Source: an uncultured bacterium (GTDB taxonomy: Bacteria; Lernaellota; Lernaellaia; Lernaellales; Lernaellaceae). From it: a DNA stretch of 23,264 nucleotides. Below, one piece after another: positions 7,273 through 15,169 of the stretch. Made by a program: the position numbers and the translations under genes. Positions within the stretch are counted from its first letter, which is position 1. Each line of letters begins with the position of its first letter. Location: contig CAZHPN010000085.1 of assembly GCA_964534375.1 (NCBI GenBank), positions 1 through 23,264 of the forward strand, read 5' to 3'. The notes beneath the pieces were generated by a model. That model ran no database searches, had not been told where the DNA came from, and saw only the letters and a program-made list of their open reading frames with translations.

Positions 7273-8706
7273 TCAAAAGTTCGCCTGCAAACCGAGCGTG
7301 CCGCCCAGCAGCGAGAAATTGTGTTGCAGGTATTCCTGCTGGATGCCGAACGATTGTTGAAAATCGAGCGTGATTTGCAAATATCGGCCCGCGCTGACGG
7401 CCAGGCCCGCGTCGTATCCGCCCGCGAACAGGTCGTCGCTGCTCCAGATCGACACGCCGCTGTCGTCCACCGCGTGCCGCCGCCGGCCGTAAAAACCGGA
7501 GGCGGACAACGTCAACGGGCCGACGACCTGCCAGCGCACGTAAACATGCCCGGACGCCAGCGTCTCCTCGCGGACCGGTCCCGGGACGGGGCCGTCCTGT
7601 TGGTGGGCGCCGACGGCGATGATTTCCGGCCCGACGCCGATGACCGCGCGGCGCGCGATGCGAAAAACGGCCTCCGCATCGGCCTGAAAAACCGCGAACG
7701 ACGGATAAAAGCTGGCCGCGACGGCGCCCGCGGCGCCGGCGGGCGCGCCGTCATAGCCCGCGCGCAACGCCACGGTTTTGGTCGTGTTGACGTCGGCTTC
7801 ATTGCTGATCAGCCACGCGCCGCTGCCGCCGAGCCACCACCGGCCCGGGTGATATTCGACGCCGACGACCGGCTCCCATTGCCAGAAATTATCGACAGTG
7901 TAGTTCAGCACCGAGCGGGAGTACGACACGCCCGCCCACGGGCTCACGCCGACCGGAAAGGTTACGGCGCCGGTCGCGGTGATGTTTTCGACGTCGCGCA
8001 AATCCCACGGATGGGTGTACTGGAGATACGTCGCCGACGCGGTCACGGCGCCGGTCGTTTTCGGCGCCGGCGCCATCGCCAGGCATTCGTCGACGCGAGG
8101 GTCGGCGCCCAGTTTCGCGCGCGCCTGCTCGCAAAGCCCGCGCCCTTCCGCAACCGCGCCTCGCCGAATGCGCGTGAAGCCCAGGCCCAGCAGCATTTCC
8201 GGTTCGTCCGGCCGAAGCTGCAGCGCGCGGCGATAGAGCGTCTCGGCCGCGGCGTACGAGCCTTGCATGTAAACGGCGAACGCGTCGCGCGCCGTCGCCC
8301 AGTAGTTGTCCGGATCGGCCGCCAGCGCCTTTTCGCCCGCGGCTTGCGCGGCGCGCCAATCCTGCCGCTGCAACGCGACGAGTTGCAGGCCGAGCCACGG
8401 GTCCGCCGAGCCGTCGATCATCTGCGCGGCCCGCCGATAATTCGCCTCGGCGGCGGCGAGATCGCCGCACTTGAAATTGAGCCAGCCGAGCCGCAGCCGG
8501 ACCGCATAAACGTCCGCGCGCGCCAGAATTTGCTCGGCCACGGCGCGGGCCTCGGCGAACTGCCCGGCCTGCGCCAGCGCGTCGCACTTCGTGTACAGCG
8601 CGTCGAGCGTTGCGGACGGCGCCGCGGGCTCGGCGGCCGCGGCGGTTCCCCACGCCAGAAAAACGGCGGCCAGTTGCGCCAACGTTATCCATCGCCGTCG
8701 CGTCAT
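7273..8706 (-). CDS. TPR protein with a C-terminal predicted outer-membrane beta-barrel
   Basis: Start at 8706 gives an ATGA overlap with the upstream gene. Signal peptide, ~6 TPRs similar to those of the downstream protein, then alternating beta-strand pattern ending GGTLGLQANF (C-terminal Phe). Confidence 0.78.
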   Translation of the reverse strand: MTRRRWITLAQLAAVFLAWGTAAAAEPAAPSATLDALYTKCDALAQAGQFAEARAVAEQILARADVYAVRLRLGWLNFKCGDLAAAEANYRRAAQMIDGSADPWLGLQLVALQRQDWRAAQAAGEKALAADPDNYWATARDAFAVYMQGSYAAAETLYRRALQLRPDEPEMLLGLGFTRIRRGAVAEGRGLCEQARAKLGADPRVDECLAMAPAPKTTGAVTASATYLQYTHPWDLRDVENITATGAVTFPVGVSPWAGVSYSRSVLNYTVDNFWQWEPVVGVEYHPGRWWLGGSGAWLISNEADVNTTKTVALRAGYDGAPAGAAGAVAASFYPSFAVFQADAEAVFRIARRAVIGVGPEIIAVGAHQQDGPVPGPVREETLASGHVYVRWQVVGPLTLSASGFYGRRRHAVDDSGVSIWSSDDLFAGGYDAGLAVSAGRYLQITLDFQQSFGIQQEYLQHNFSLLGGTLGLQANF

Positions 8707-10865
8707 GACGCCGCCTCCGCCGTCAATATTTCCCGTTCGCCGCGCCACGCGCGCATCGCGGTCGGCCCGCGCCCGGGCGCCAGGTCGATTTCGATGCGAT
8801 CCGGCAGATCGATGCGCAAGGCCGCGCGCGAACGGCTGCGCACCTGCGTCGCGACGCGGATGCCGCCGGACCAGGGGACGATGGCGCTGGCAGTTTCGAT
8901 TTTGACGATCTCACCGAAGGGCAAGCATAGCTCATGAACGAAACGCGTGACCAGCGGCAAAAACGCATTCGCCGCCGGGCCGTCGTTCCAGCGGATTTGC
9001 GGTTCGGCGACGAACGGCGCGCGCGGCAGGCCGAGATAGAACAGCCCCAGCAGGCGCTTCGCCGGGCCCTGATAATCGAGCAGCGTCACGTAGCTGCCGT
9101 CGGCGAAAAACGGCACGGCCGCGCCGCCGTCGTCCGCGACCAAACGGCGGCCGCCCAGCGGGTCGATTTCGCTCGTCCAAGCCTCTTGCAGGCGTTGGCC
9201 GTCGCGCGTTCCCGACCAGCGCCACTCGCGGCCCGGGGCGAGCGTCAGCGCGCGCCGCACTTCCTCGTCCACCTCGAGCCGGGCGACGATCGCGCCCTGC
9301 GCCGGCGCACCGTGCGTGACGTAACGGCGGCCGGCCGCTTCGCCGGCCACGTAATGCAGAAACTCGCCGTAGATCGTCGGCGCGCCGATCTCGGGCGACG
9401 CCTGCAATTGAAAATGCAGGTGCGGCGTCGGCGAGCGGCCCGAATTGCCAACCCGGCCCAGCAACTGCCCCGCCACGACCGCGTCGCCCTCCTTGACGAC
9501 GATCGAGCCTTTCTGCAGATGGCAAAGCGCGGAGTAGATCGCGCCCGCGTGCCACAGCACGACAAGGTTGCCCCAGTTGTTGGCGATGTTCACCTCGCCG
9601 AGCGGGTTGTCCTCGAAGTGATTGACGACGCGTACGACCTTGGCGTCGCCCGGCGCGAATACCGGCGCCTGAAACGCGTAATAGTCGGTGAGCGCCGCGC
9701 CGTCGCCGCGATGCGCGCGCCCCTCGTCGTCGCCGATGTCGAAATCCCACGCCTGCGCCCATGGGCCGCGGTGCGTCTGGTCGCCGCCAGGCCCCTGCGC
9801 GATGCGCCAGCGGCCGGACACCGGCAGGTAGACCACCGGGACCGCCGGATCGGGATAGCGCCGTTCGCGGTGCAGCAGCCGGCTCAAGTTCTTCTCGGGC
9901 GAATCGATTTCGCCATAGATCAATTGCAAACGACCGCGCCCGGCGCGGATCATCACCGCGAATAACATTAAATATGTCGCGACGATGAACGGCGCCGCCA
10001 GCACGGGCAGTTCATAGGGCCGCAGCAAGCCGGAAAACGCGGCGGACAGCACCGCGGCCAGCGCGCCGCCGCACAGGGCGAAGAGCAGCGACGCCGGGCG
10101 CAAGGCGATCCACACGCCGCCGACGGCGATCGCGGTGAGGATGAAGTTGAGGCCGACGAATTGCGCCCGCAGATCCAGCGCGTTGCCGCCGAGCGCCGCG
10201 TACATGCCGTAGCCGCCGGCGAACCCGATGATGGAAAGCAGCGTCGCCCAGCGCGAAAACCAGAGCAGCCCGAGGAAAACGAGAATGCCGGACGCCACGC
10301 TCAACTGGTAAAACGCCGCGCCGAGCGAACGCAGATACAACTCGACGAGGCCCGGCAGCGCGCCGCCGCCGAGGTCGGCTTGCAGCACGGGCTCGAGCGT
10401 TTTTTCGACGCCGGCAAAACCGGGCGCCGCCAGCCACGCGGCCCAGGCGGCGAGCAGGAAGGGCAGGCTGAGCACCGGCAGGCCGAGATAACGCTGGAAC
10501 AAATGGCGCAGCAGCGCCGCCGCCAGCACGCCGAAAAAGACGATCGCCGCGAGAAAGAGCGCCGCTTGCCACGTCAACGACAAGCGCCAGCCGAGCGCCA
10601 GGCCGATCAACAGGCCGTTGAAGCCGTAGTAGCCGTCGGCGATGTGCTCTTTCGGCCGGCCGAGCAGCCGCGCGAAGAGGTCGGCGAAGGCGAGACCGAG
10701 CAGACCCAGCAGGCCGTGCCGCGGCACGACGAACGTCGCCGCGGCGAAGAGCAGCCCGGCGACGAGGCTCTGCGAAAAGTAGATTTGCGCATACGTGCGC
10801 AGCCACGCGGCCAGCGCCGCCTTGGACGAGCCGATAAAGCGGAGTGTGGCGGGCTCAGACGCCAT
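8703..10865 (-). CDS. Urea-transporter-family membrane domain fused to an M23-family peptidase domain and an unknown C-terminal domain
   Basis: Two UT-like repeats (AQIYFSQS..GYYGFNG..LSLPF; GAAFYQ..GLNF..LAAPF) with ~10 hydrophobic segments, then M23 motifs THRG....WDF, PVFAPGDAKV, WGNLVVL.H, LCHL, G.VGNSGRS..PHLHFQ. Confidence 0.85.
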   Translation of the reverse strand: MASEPATLRFIGSSKAALAAWLRTYAQIYFSQSLVAGLLFAAATFVVPRHGLLGLLGLAFADLFARLLGRPKEHIADGYYGFNGLLIGLALGWRLSLTWQAALFLAAIVFFGVLAAALLRHLFQRYLGLPVLSLPFLLAAWAAWLAAPGFAGVEKTLEPVLQADLGGGALPGLVELYLRSLGAAFYQLSVASGILVFLGLLWFSRWATLLSIIGFAGGYGMYAALGGNALDLRAQFVGLNFILTAIAVGGVWIALRPASLLFALCGGALAAVLSAAFSGLLRPYELPVLAAPFIVATYLMLFAVMIRAGRGRLQLIYGEIDSPEKNLSRLLHRERRYPDPAVPVVYLPVSGRWRIAQGPGGDQTHRGPWAQAWDFDIGDDEGRAHRGDGAALTDYYAFQAPVFAPGDAKVVRVVNHFEDNPLGEVNIANNWGNLVVLWHAGAIYSALCHLQKGSIVVKEGDAVVAGQLLGRVGNSGRSPTPHLHFQLQASPEIGAPTIYGEFLHYVAGEAAGRRYVTHGAPAQGAIVARLEVDEEVRRALTLAPGREWRWSGTRDGQRLQEAWTSEIDPLGGRRLVADDGGAAVPFFADGSYVTLLDYQGPAKRLLGLFYLGLPRAPFVAEPQIRWNDGPAANAFLPLVTRFVHELCLPFGEIVKIETASAIVPWSGGIRVATQVRSRSRAALRIDLPDRIEIDLAPGRGPTAMRAWRGEREILTAEAAS

Positions 10866-12219
10866 CGCCGTCTGCCGCCAGGCGCGCGGGCAGCCGCTCC
10901 AGGCTCTTGATGGCGTCGATGGATTCCGCCTCGCGAATGACGTCGACCTTGCCGGCTTCGCCGATCAGCACGACCGGCGGGCGCAGGCGGATGAACTGCA
11001 TCCACTGCGTCACGTTGTAGGCGCCGACCGGCCGGATGACCAGCGCATTGCCCGGCTCCATCGGCGGCAGCAGCGCCGACGGCCGCACGACGTCGATGTT
11101 CATGCACAGCGGCCCGTAGACGACGGTCTCCTCCAGCATGCCGCCGCGATCCACCGCCGGCAACACCTCGTGCCGATACCAGAACGAGGTCAGCAGCGAG
11201 TTGACGCCGCAGTCGATCACCATCGCTCGCGACCCGTCGGCCAGCCGCTTGTTGCCGATGACCCGCGCCAGCATGAAGCCGGCCTCGTCGACCAGCGCGC
11301 GGCCGGTCTCCAGAAACAGCGTCGGCCATTCGGCGCCGGCGAAGCCGGCCTTGAGCAGCACGCCCGTGATCGCCTCGGCGTAGTCCTCCAGCGAAGGCGA
11401 GCTGTCGACGCCCGGCGCGTACTGCTCGTGCAGCGTGCTGCGCGAGGCGAAACCGCCGCCGAAATCGAGGTAGCCGAGCGCCGTCCCGAATTCGCTCTTG
11501 AGCTGCTTCGCCATCGCCACCAGCTTCGTCGCCGCCTGCGCGTACGCGTTCGGCTCGAGCACGAATGTGCCAATGTGGCAGTGCAGTCCGTCGAGCTGCA
11601 AATGCCCCCCGGCGTGAATCCGCCGCGCCGCGTCCAGCGCCTCGCCGTTGTCGTAGTTGAAGCCGAAGCGGTCCCACCGCGGGTAAATGCCCGTGTCCAT
11701 GTTCACGCGAATCGCGACCTTCGCCGGCCGGCCCATTTCCTTGGCGATGCGCTCGGCCAGGTACAGCTCGTCGTAGTGGTCGAGGTGCACCTTGGCGCCT
11801 TCGGCGAACGCGCGCCGCAATGCCGCCTCCGGTTTGTACGGGCCGTTGAACAGGATCATCCGGCCCGGAATGCCGAGCCGGCGCGCCATCTCATATTCCA
11901 TTTCGGAAACGACCTCGGCCCACGCGCCTTCCTGGTGGAAAATGCGGCACACGGCGTCGAGGTAGTTCGTCTTGTACGACCAAGCGAACTGCACCTTCGG
12001 ATAGCGCGTCGAGAAGGCGCGGCGCGCCTCGCGGATCTTCTGCCGCAGCGTGTGCTCGGAAAAGACGAACAGCGGCGTGCCGAACCGTTCGATCAGGCTC
12101 GCGACTTCCACTTCGTCGATGCGCGGCAGCGCCCGCCGCGCCGGGCCGCGGCCGAACTTGTTCGCCAGGCCGAAGGCGTGGCGGATGATGCTGGGTTTTT
12201 CGTAGGGGAGCCGGCTCAT
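10855..12219 (-). CDS. Group IV (fold-type III) PLP-dependent decarboxylase, LysA-like but with an atypical specificity loop
   Basis: FGTPLFV, WSYKTN (PLP Lys), HCHIGT, DFGGGF, ETGRALV, GPLCMNID, GAY. The true start is ATG 12219 (ATGA overlap with the ATP-grasp stop); the ORF-track extension to 12720 overlaps that gene. Confidence 0.88.
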   Translation of the reverse strand: MSRLPYEKPSIIRHAFGLANKFGRGPARRALPRIDEVEVASLIERFGTPLFVFSEHTLRQKIREARRAFSTRYPKVQFAWSYKTNYLDAVCRIFHQEGAWAEVVSEMEYEMARRLGIPGRMILFNGPYKPEAALRRAFAEGAKVHLDHYDELYLAERIAKEMGRPAKVAIRVNMDTGIYPRWDRFGFNYDNGEALDAARRIHAGGHLQLDGLHCHIGTFVLEPNAYAQAATKLVAMAKQLKSEFGTALGYLDFGGGFASRSTLHEQYAPGVDSSPSLEDYAEAITGVLLKAGFAGAEWPTLFLETGRALVDEAGFMLARVIGNKRLADGSRAMVIDCGVNSLLTSFWYRHEVLPAVDRGGMLEETVVYGPLCMNIDVVRPSALLPPMEPGNALVIRPVGAYNVTQWMQFIRLRPPVVLIGEAGKVDVIREAESIDAIKSLERLPARLAADGDGV

Positions 12220-13289
12220 GATTTCTCCTCGGCGGGCGGCGTCCGATGGACTTCGCCCAGCGTGGTCAACGCTTCGTAGTCTGCCAGGCGGCAGATTTGA
12301 TCGAACGAGTGGCGCAGGAACATCACGCCCGGCTCGGCCGGCGGCATCGGCGGCACGGGCTGGCCGAGCGCGAGCATCACCGTCGCCCACGCGAGGTTGC
12401 GGCCGGCGCCGACCGCCAGGTACACCCAGGCGGGAAAGCGCGGGTTGATTTCGAGCAGGAACAGCTCGTCGTTGCGGCTCGCCCGCATCACTTCCAGTTC
12501 GCACGGCCCGCGCCACCGCAGCTTGCGCACGGCCTCGGCGACAAACTGGTTCAGCCGCTCGTCGCGGATGGTGATCCCGCCCCAGGCCTTGCCCTTGTCG
12601 GTGAGCTGCATCTTGCGCATCGCCGCGGCGCCGACAAGGCCGCCGTCGCCGTCGCCGACGGCGACGATGTCGTATTCCTCGCCGGCGATGTATTCCTGAA
12701 TGATCACCGGCGCGCCCCATTTGTTGCGCAGCCGCACGAAATGGCCCTCCGCCTCCATCGGCGAGTAGGCGATGCTGGCGTCGTAGAACTGGCCCTTGAC
12801 CATCACCGGAAACGCGAACTCCTCGTCGAGGCGGCGAATCGCCGTGGCGTCGTTGATCGCGACGCTCTTGGGCACGTTGATGCCCAGGCCGGACTTCAGT
12901 TCGTAGAATTTCGCCTTCGAGCGCAGCTTCAACTGCTCCTCGGTCGGCAAGAACGTCTTGATGCCGAGCCGCAACAACTCGTCGAGCAGCTTCAGGTAAG
13001 CCGGCAACTCGGCGTCGAGCGTCGGGATCAGCACGTCGATCGGGTGCTCTTTGTGGATGTGACAGAGCCGGTCGAACACCGCCTGCGCGCCTTGCGACGG
13101 ATACGGCATCAGGTACACGTGGTCCGCGATGTCGGTCATGTAGTTGCCCGGGTCGAGCGGATCGTACGACAGCCCGACGATGCGCACCGTCTCGCCCGCC
13201 TGGTGGCGAATCGCGCGGATCAGCGGCACGCCGGGCGCCGGGTTGTCCGTGGCGTTCAGCCCGGTCACCGCGATCGTCAGCGGCCTCAT
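12216..13289 (-). CDS. ATP-grasp enzyme (PylC / carbamoyl-phosphate-synthase-like ligase)
   Basis: DVLIPTLDAEL, FPVMVKG, IIQEYIAGEEY, WRGPCELE, LLEINPRFPAW. Confidence 0.9.
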   Translation of the reverse strand: MRPLTIAVTGLNATDNPAPGVPLIRAIRHQAGETVRIVGLSYDPLDPGNYMTDIADHVYLMPYPSQGAQAVFDRLCHIHKEHPIDVLIPTLDAELPAYLKLLDELLRLGIKTFLPTEEQLKLRSKAKFYELKSGLGINVPKSVAINDATAIRRLDEEFAFPVMVKGQFYDASIAYSPMEAEGHFVRLRNKWGAPVIIQEYIAGEEYDIVAVGDGDGGLVGAAAMRKMQLTDKGKAWGGITIRDERLNQFVAEAVRKLRWRGPCELEVMRASRNDELFLLEINPRFPAWVYLAVGAGRNLAWATVMLALGQPVPPMPPAEPGVMFLRHSFDQICRLADYEALTTLGEVHRTPPAEEKS

Positions 13290-13543
13290 AGCTCTTGCTC
13301 CTCGGCGTCGATGACCTTCAGGTCGCGCAGCCGAAAGAGGAATTGCTCCACATCGCGCCGCCCGTTTTCGGCGTCGGTTTCGAACGCCGCCGCCAGCAGC
13401 GCCGGCAGGTCGTCGGCCGCGGCGCCGTCCATCAGCTTGCGCAGCAGAAAGGCGCCCGTGCGGTTCAGGCTGAAGGTGTTGCCGGTGCGGGAATCGAACA
13501 GGAACCCATTTTCGCTCAGCGCCAGGTATTCGAAGGCGGCCAT
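13286..13543 (-). CDS. Stand-alone PqqD-family protein (RiPP recognition element, RRE)
   Basis: 85 aa. GFLFDSRTGNTFSLNRTGAFLL..L.DG ... DVEQFL..L....VI matches the 3-strand/3-helix PqqD pattern; ATGA overlap with the ATP-grasp gene. Confidence 0.88.
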   Translation of the reverse strand: MAAFEYLALSENGFLFDSRTGNTFSLNRTGAFLLRKLMDGAAADDLPALLAAAFETDAENGRRDVEQFLFRLRDLKVIDAEEQEL

Positions 13544-13598
13544 CGCTTGGATTCTCCCTGGTTTTTCACAGATTGTCTTGCAGCCGCCTTCATCATGC

Positions 13599-13657
13599 CG
13601 GCGAATTGTAATGTCTTTGTTTCGAGAAACGCGGCGAATTGTAAAGATTGGGTAAAG
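13599..13657 (-). promoter_or_regulatory. Phased direct repeats upstream of the RRE operon, probable regulator-binding site
   Basis: CGGCGAATTGTAA at 13599-13611 and 13632-13644 (33 bp apart); GTAAAG at 13641 and 13652 (11 bp apart); minus-strand TACAAT at 13610-13605. Confidence 0.55.
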
Positions 13658-13667
13658 GCTCGCGCGC

Positions 13668-14822
13668 CTATTCCATCAGGTCATGCCAATCCGGGTCGTC
13701 GTTGACGAGCTGCCCGAGCCATTGATAGTACGTTGTCCCGTCGATGGCGTGCTCGCCCAAATCGGTCATCGCGAGCATCGTGTGGCCGTAGCCGTTCGTG
13801 AAAAACCGATGAAAGCGGTCCGGGTGCGCGGTTTCGATGTTGCCCGTGATCTGCAGCAGCGTCTGCTTGAATTCGGCGGGCGGCATTTGCAGAAAGACCA
13901 GCGTGATCACGCGGTCGTAATACGACGAATCCATCGCAATGCGCACCTGCGGGTCGAGGTCCATGAACGTCTCGAACATATACGTCATGATGGGCCCGTC
14001 GCACTTGGTGCACTGGGGCGGCATCTGCACGTCCCACGCGCCCGAAATGGACGCCCATTTCGCCGGGTCGTCCGGATTCCAGAACCCGACGCCCGAATCG
14101 CTGACGAGGTAGGTGTCCGTGTCCATGTACTGCGACTTCATGATCGCCCAGCCGAAGAGCGTGCCGAAACCGCCCGCGCTGGAGCCGACGATCAACGCCT
14201 TTTTCGGCGACGGGAAGATTCGCTTCATCAACGCCACGGCCGCCGCGGTGTGCCGCACCCCCCACTGCGCCGCCGGGCCGCTGGGATAATCGACGATCGC
14301 GTTGCCGAGATGCAGGCTGGCGTCGCAATAGGGGACGTACACGAAATTCCAATCGCTCAACGGATTGCCCGGGAACGGCAGTTTGAAGAGGTTGAGCACC
14401 GGCGTGTCGACGTTGACCACCAGGCCGCCGCCGGGCCACCGTGCCCCGCCGCCTTCGAGAAACAACATCACATTGTCGGACGTGCCGCGCTGCACGGCCA
14501 CGCGCGCTTGCGAGCCGTCGAAACACCGCACGTCGTTCTCGTTGAAATAGTAGAAGGTGAAGCCGTCCGGGCCGGCTGCGACGCTCTCCGGCTCGATGTC
14601 GAGATATTGTTGGAAGCCCATGCTCGTGAACATGGCGCTGAGGGTCGGCTGCGGGTTGGCCGGCGAACTGTCGTCGTCGCCGCTTGCCGAATCGTCGTCG
14701 CCGCCGGCCGCGTCGTCGTCGTCATCGCCCGCCGCCGGCGCGCTCGCCGGCGCATGGCCCGCGCACGCCGCCAGCAAAAGAAGCAGCGCGCAAACCCATG
14801 CCGCGCGTTGTTTTAGGTGCAT
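13668..14822 (-). CDS. Pectinacetylesterase-family (alpha/beta hydrolase) lipoprotein
   Basis: Lipobox LAAC, Asp-rich linker GDDDDD..GDDD..GDDD, FLEGGGA, YVPYCD...H.G, nucleophile GSSAGG, late His (GYGHT). Confidence 0.85.
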   Translation of the reverse strand: MHLKQRAAWVCALLLLLAACAGHAPASAPAAGDDDDDAAGGDDDSASGDDDSSPANPQPTLSAMFTSMGFQQYLDIEPESVAAGPDGFTFYYFNENDVRCFDGSQARVAVQRGTSDNVMLFLEGGGARWPGGGLVVNVDTPVLNLFKLPFPGNPLSDWNFVYVPYCDASLHLGNAIVDYPSGPAAQWGVRHTAAAVALMKRIFPSPKKALIVGSSAGGFGTLFGWAIMKSQYMDTDTYLVSDSGVGFWNPDDPAKWASISGAWDVQMPPQCTKCDGPIMTYMFETFMDLDPQVRIAMDSSYYDRVITLVFLQMPPAEFKQTLLQITGNIETAHPDRFHRFFTNGYGHTMLAMTDLGEHAIDGTTYYQWLGQLVNDDPDWHDLME

Positions 14823-14906
14823 GCGTACGCCCCCGTTACGCGTTCACATTCAACGCCGACCAGACCAGAAAATCCTCGCGTTCTTCTTAGCATGGCGGGG
14901 AAAGAG

Positions 14907-15021
14907 AAGGAAGAAGGAAAAAGGAGAAAGGAAAAAGTGCCGAACTGCCTTGATCACGCTGGTTCTCAAATTCGCGCCGGGGTCGGTATGGTCCCAGAAT
15001 TCCCAGAATTCCCAGAATTCC
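14907..15021 (+). repeat. Short tandem repeats in a divergent intergenic region
   Basis: Heptamers AAGGAAG AAGGAAA AAGGAGA AAGGAAA (14907-14934) and TCCCAGAAT x3 + TCC (14992-15021). Confidence 0.85.
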
Positions 15022-15169
15022 AATGCTTCCCCGGCGGCGGTTGCTGTCTCTTCGGGCGCGGGCCGTCTCTCCCTTGACGCGGGCGCCGCGCATGTGTTTT
15101 CTTTGCCGCAAGTTTTCCCTGCGGGGGCGGGACGAGGCGCGAGGTCGCCGCGTGCCGGAAGGAATCGTC

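Noticed and set aside
10855..12219. Gene symbol lysA
   Set aside because: Atypical CMNID and ETGR motifs and the operon context argue against the housekeeping DAP decarboxylase.
12220..12720. N-terminal extension of the decarboxylase in the ORF track
   Set aside because: Overlaps the ATP-grasp gene in another frame and is Arg-rich junk; the ATGA coupling supports 12219.
13286..13667. Classical PQQ, lasso-peptide or graspetide cluster with a precursor upstream of the RRE
   Set aside because: No pqqBCE, lasso cyclase/peptidase or credible precursor ORF in the 124-bp gap, and the ATP-grasp protein looks PylC/CPS-like rather than RimK-like.
14992..15021. CRISPR-like array
   Set aside because: Contiguous 9-mers with no spacers, and no cas genes.
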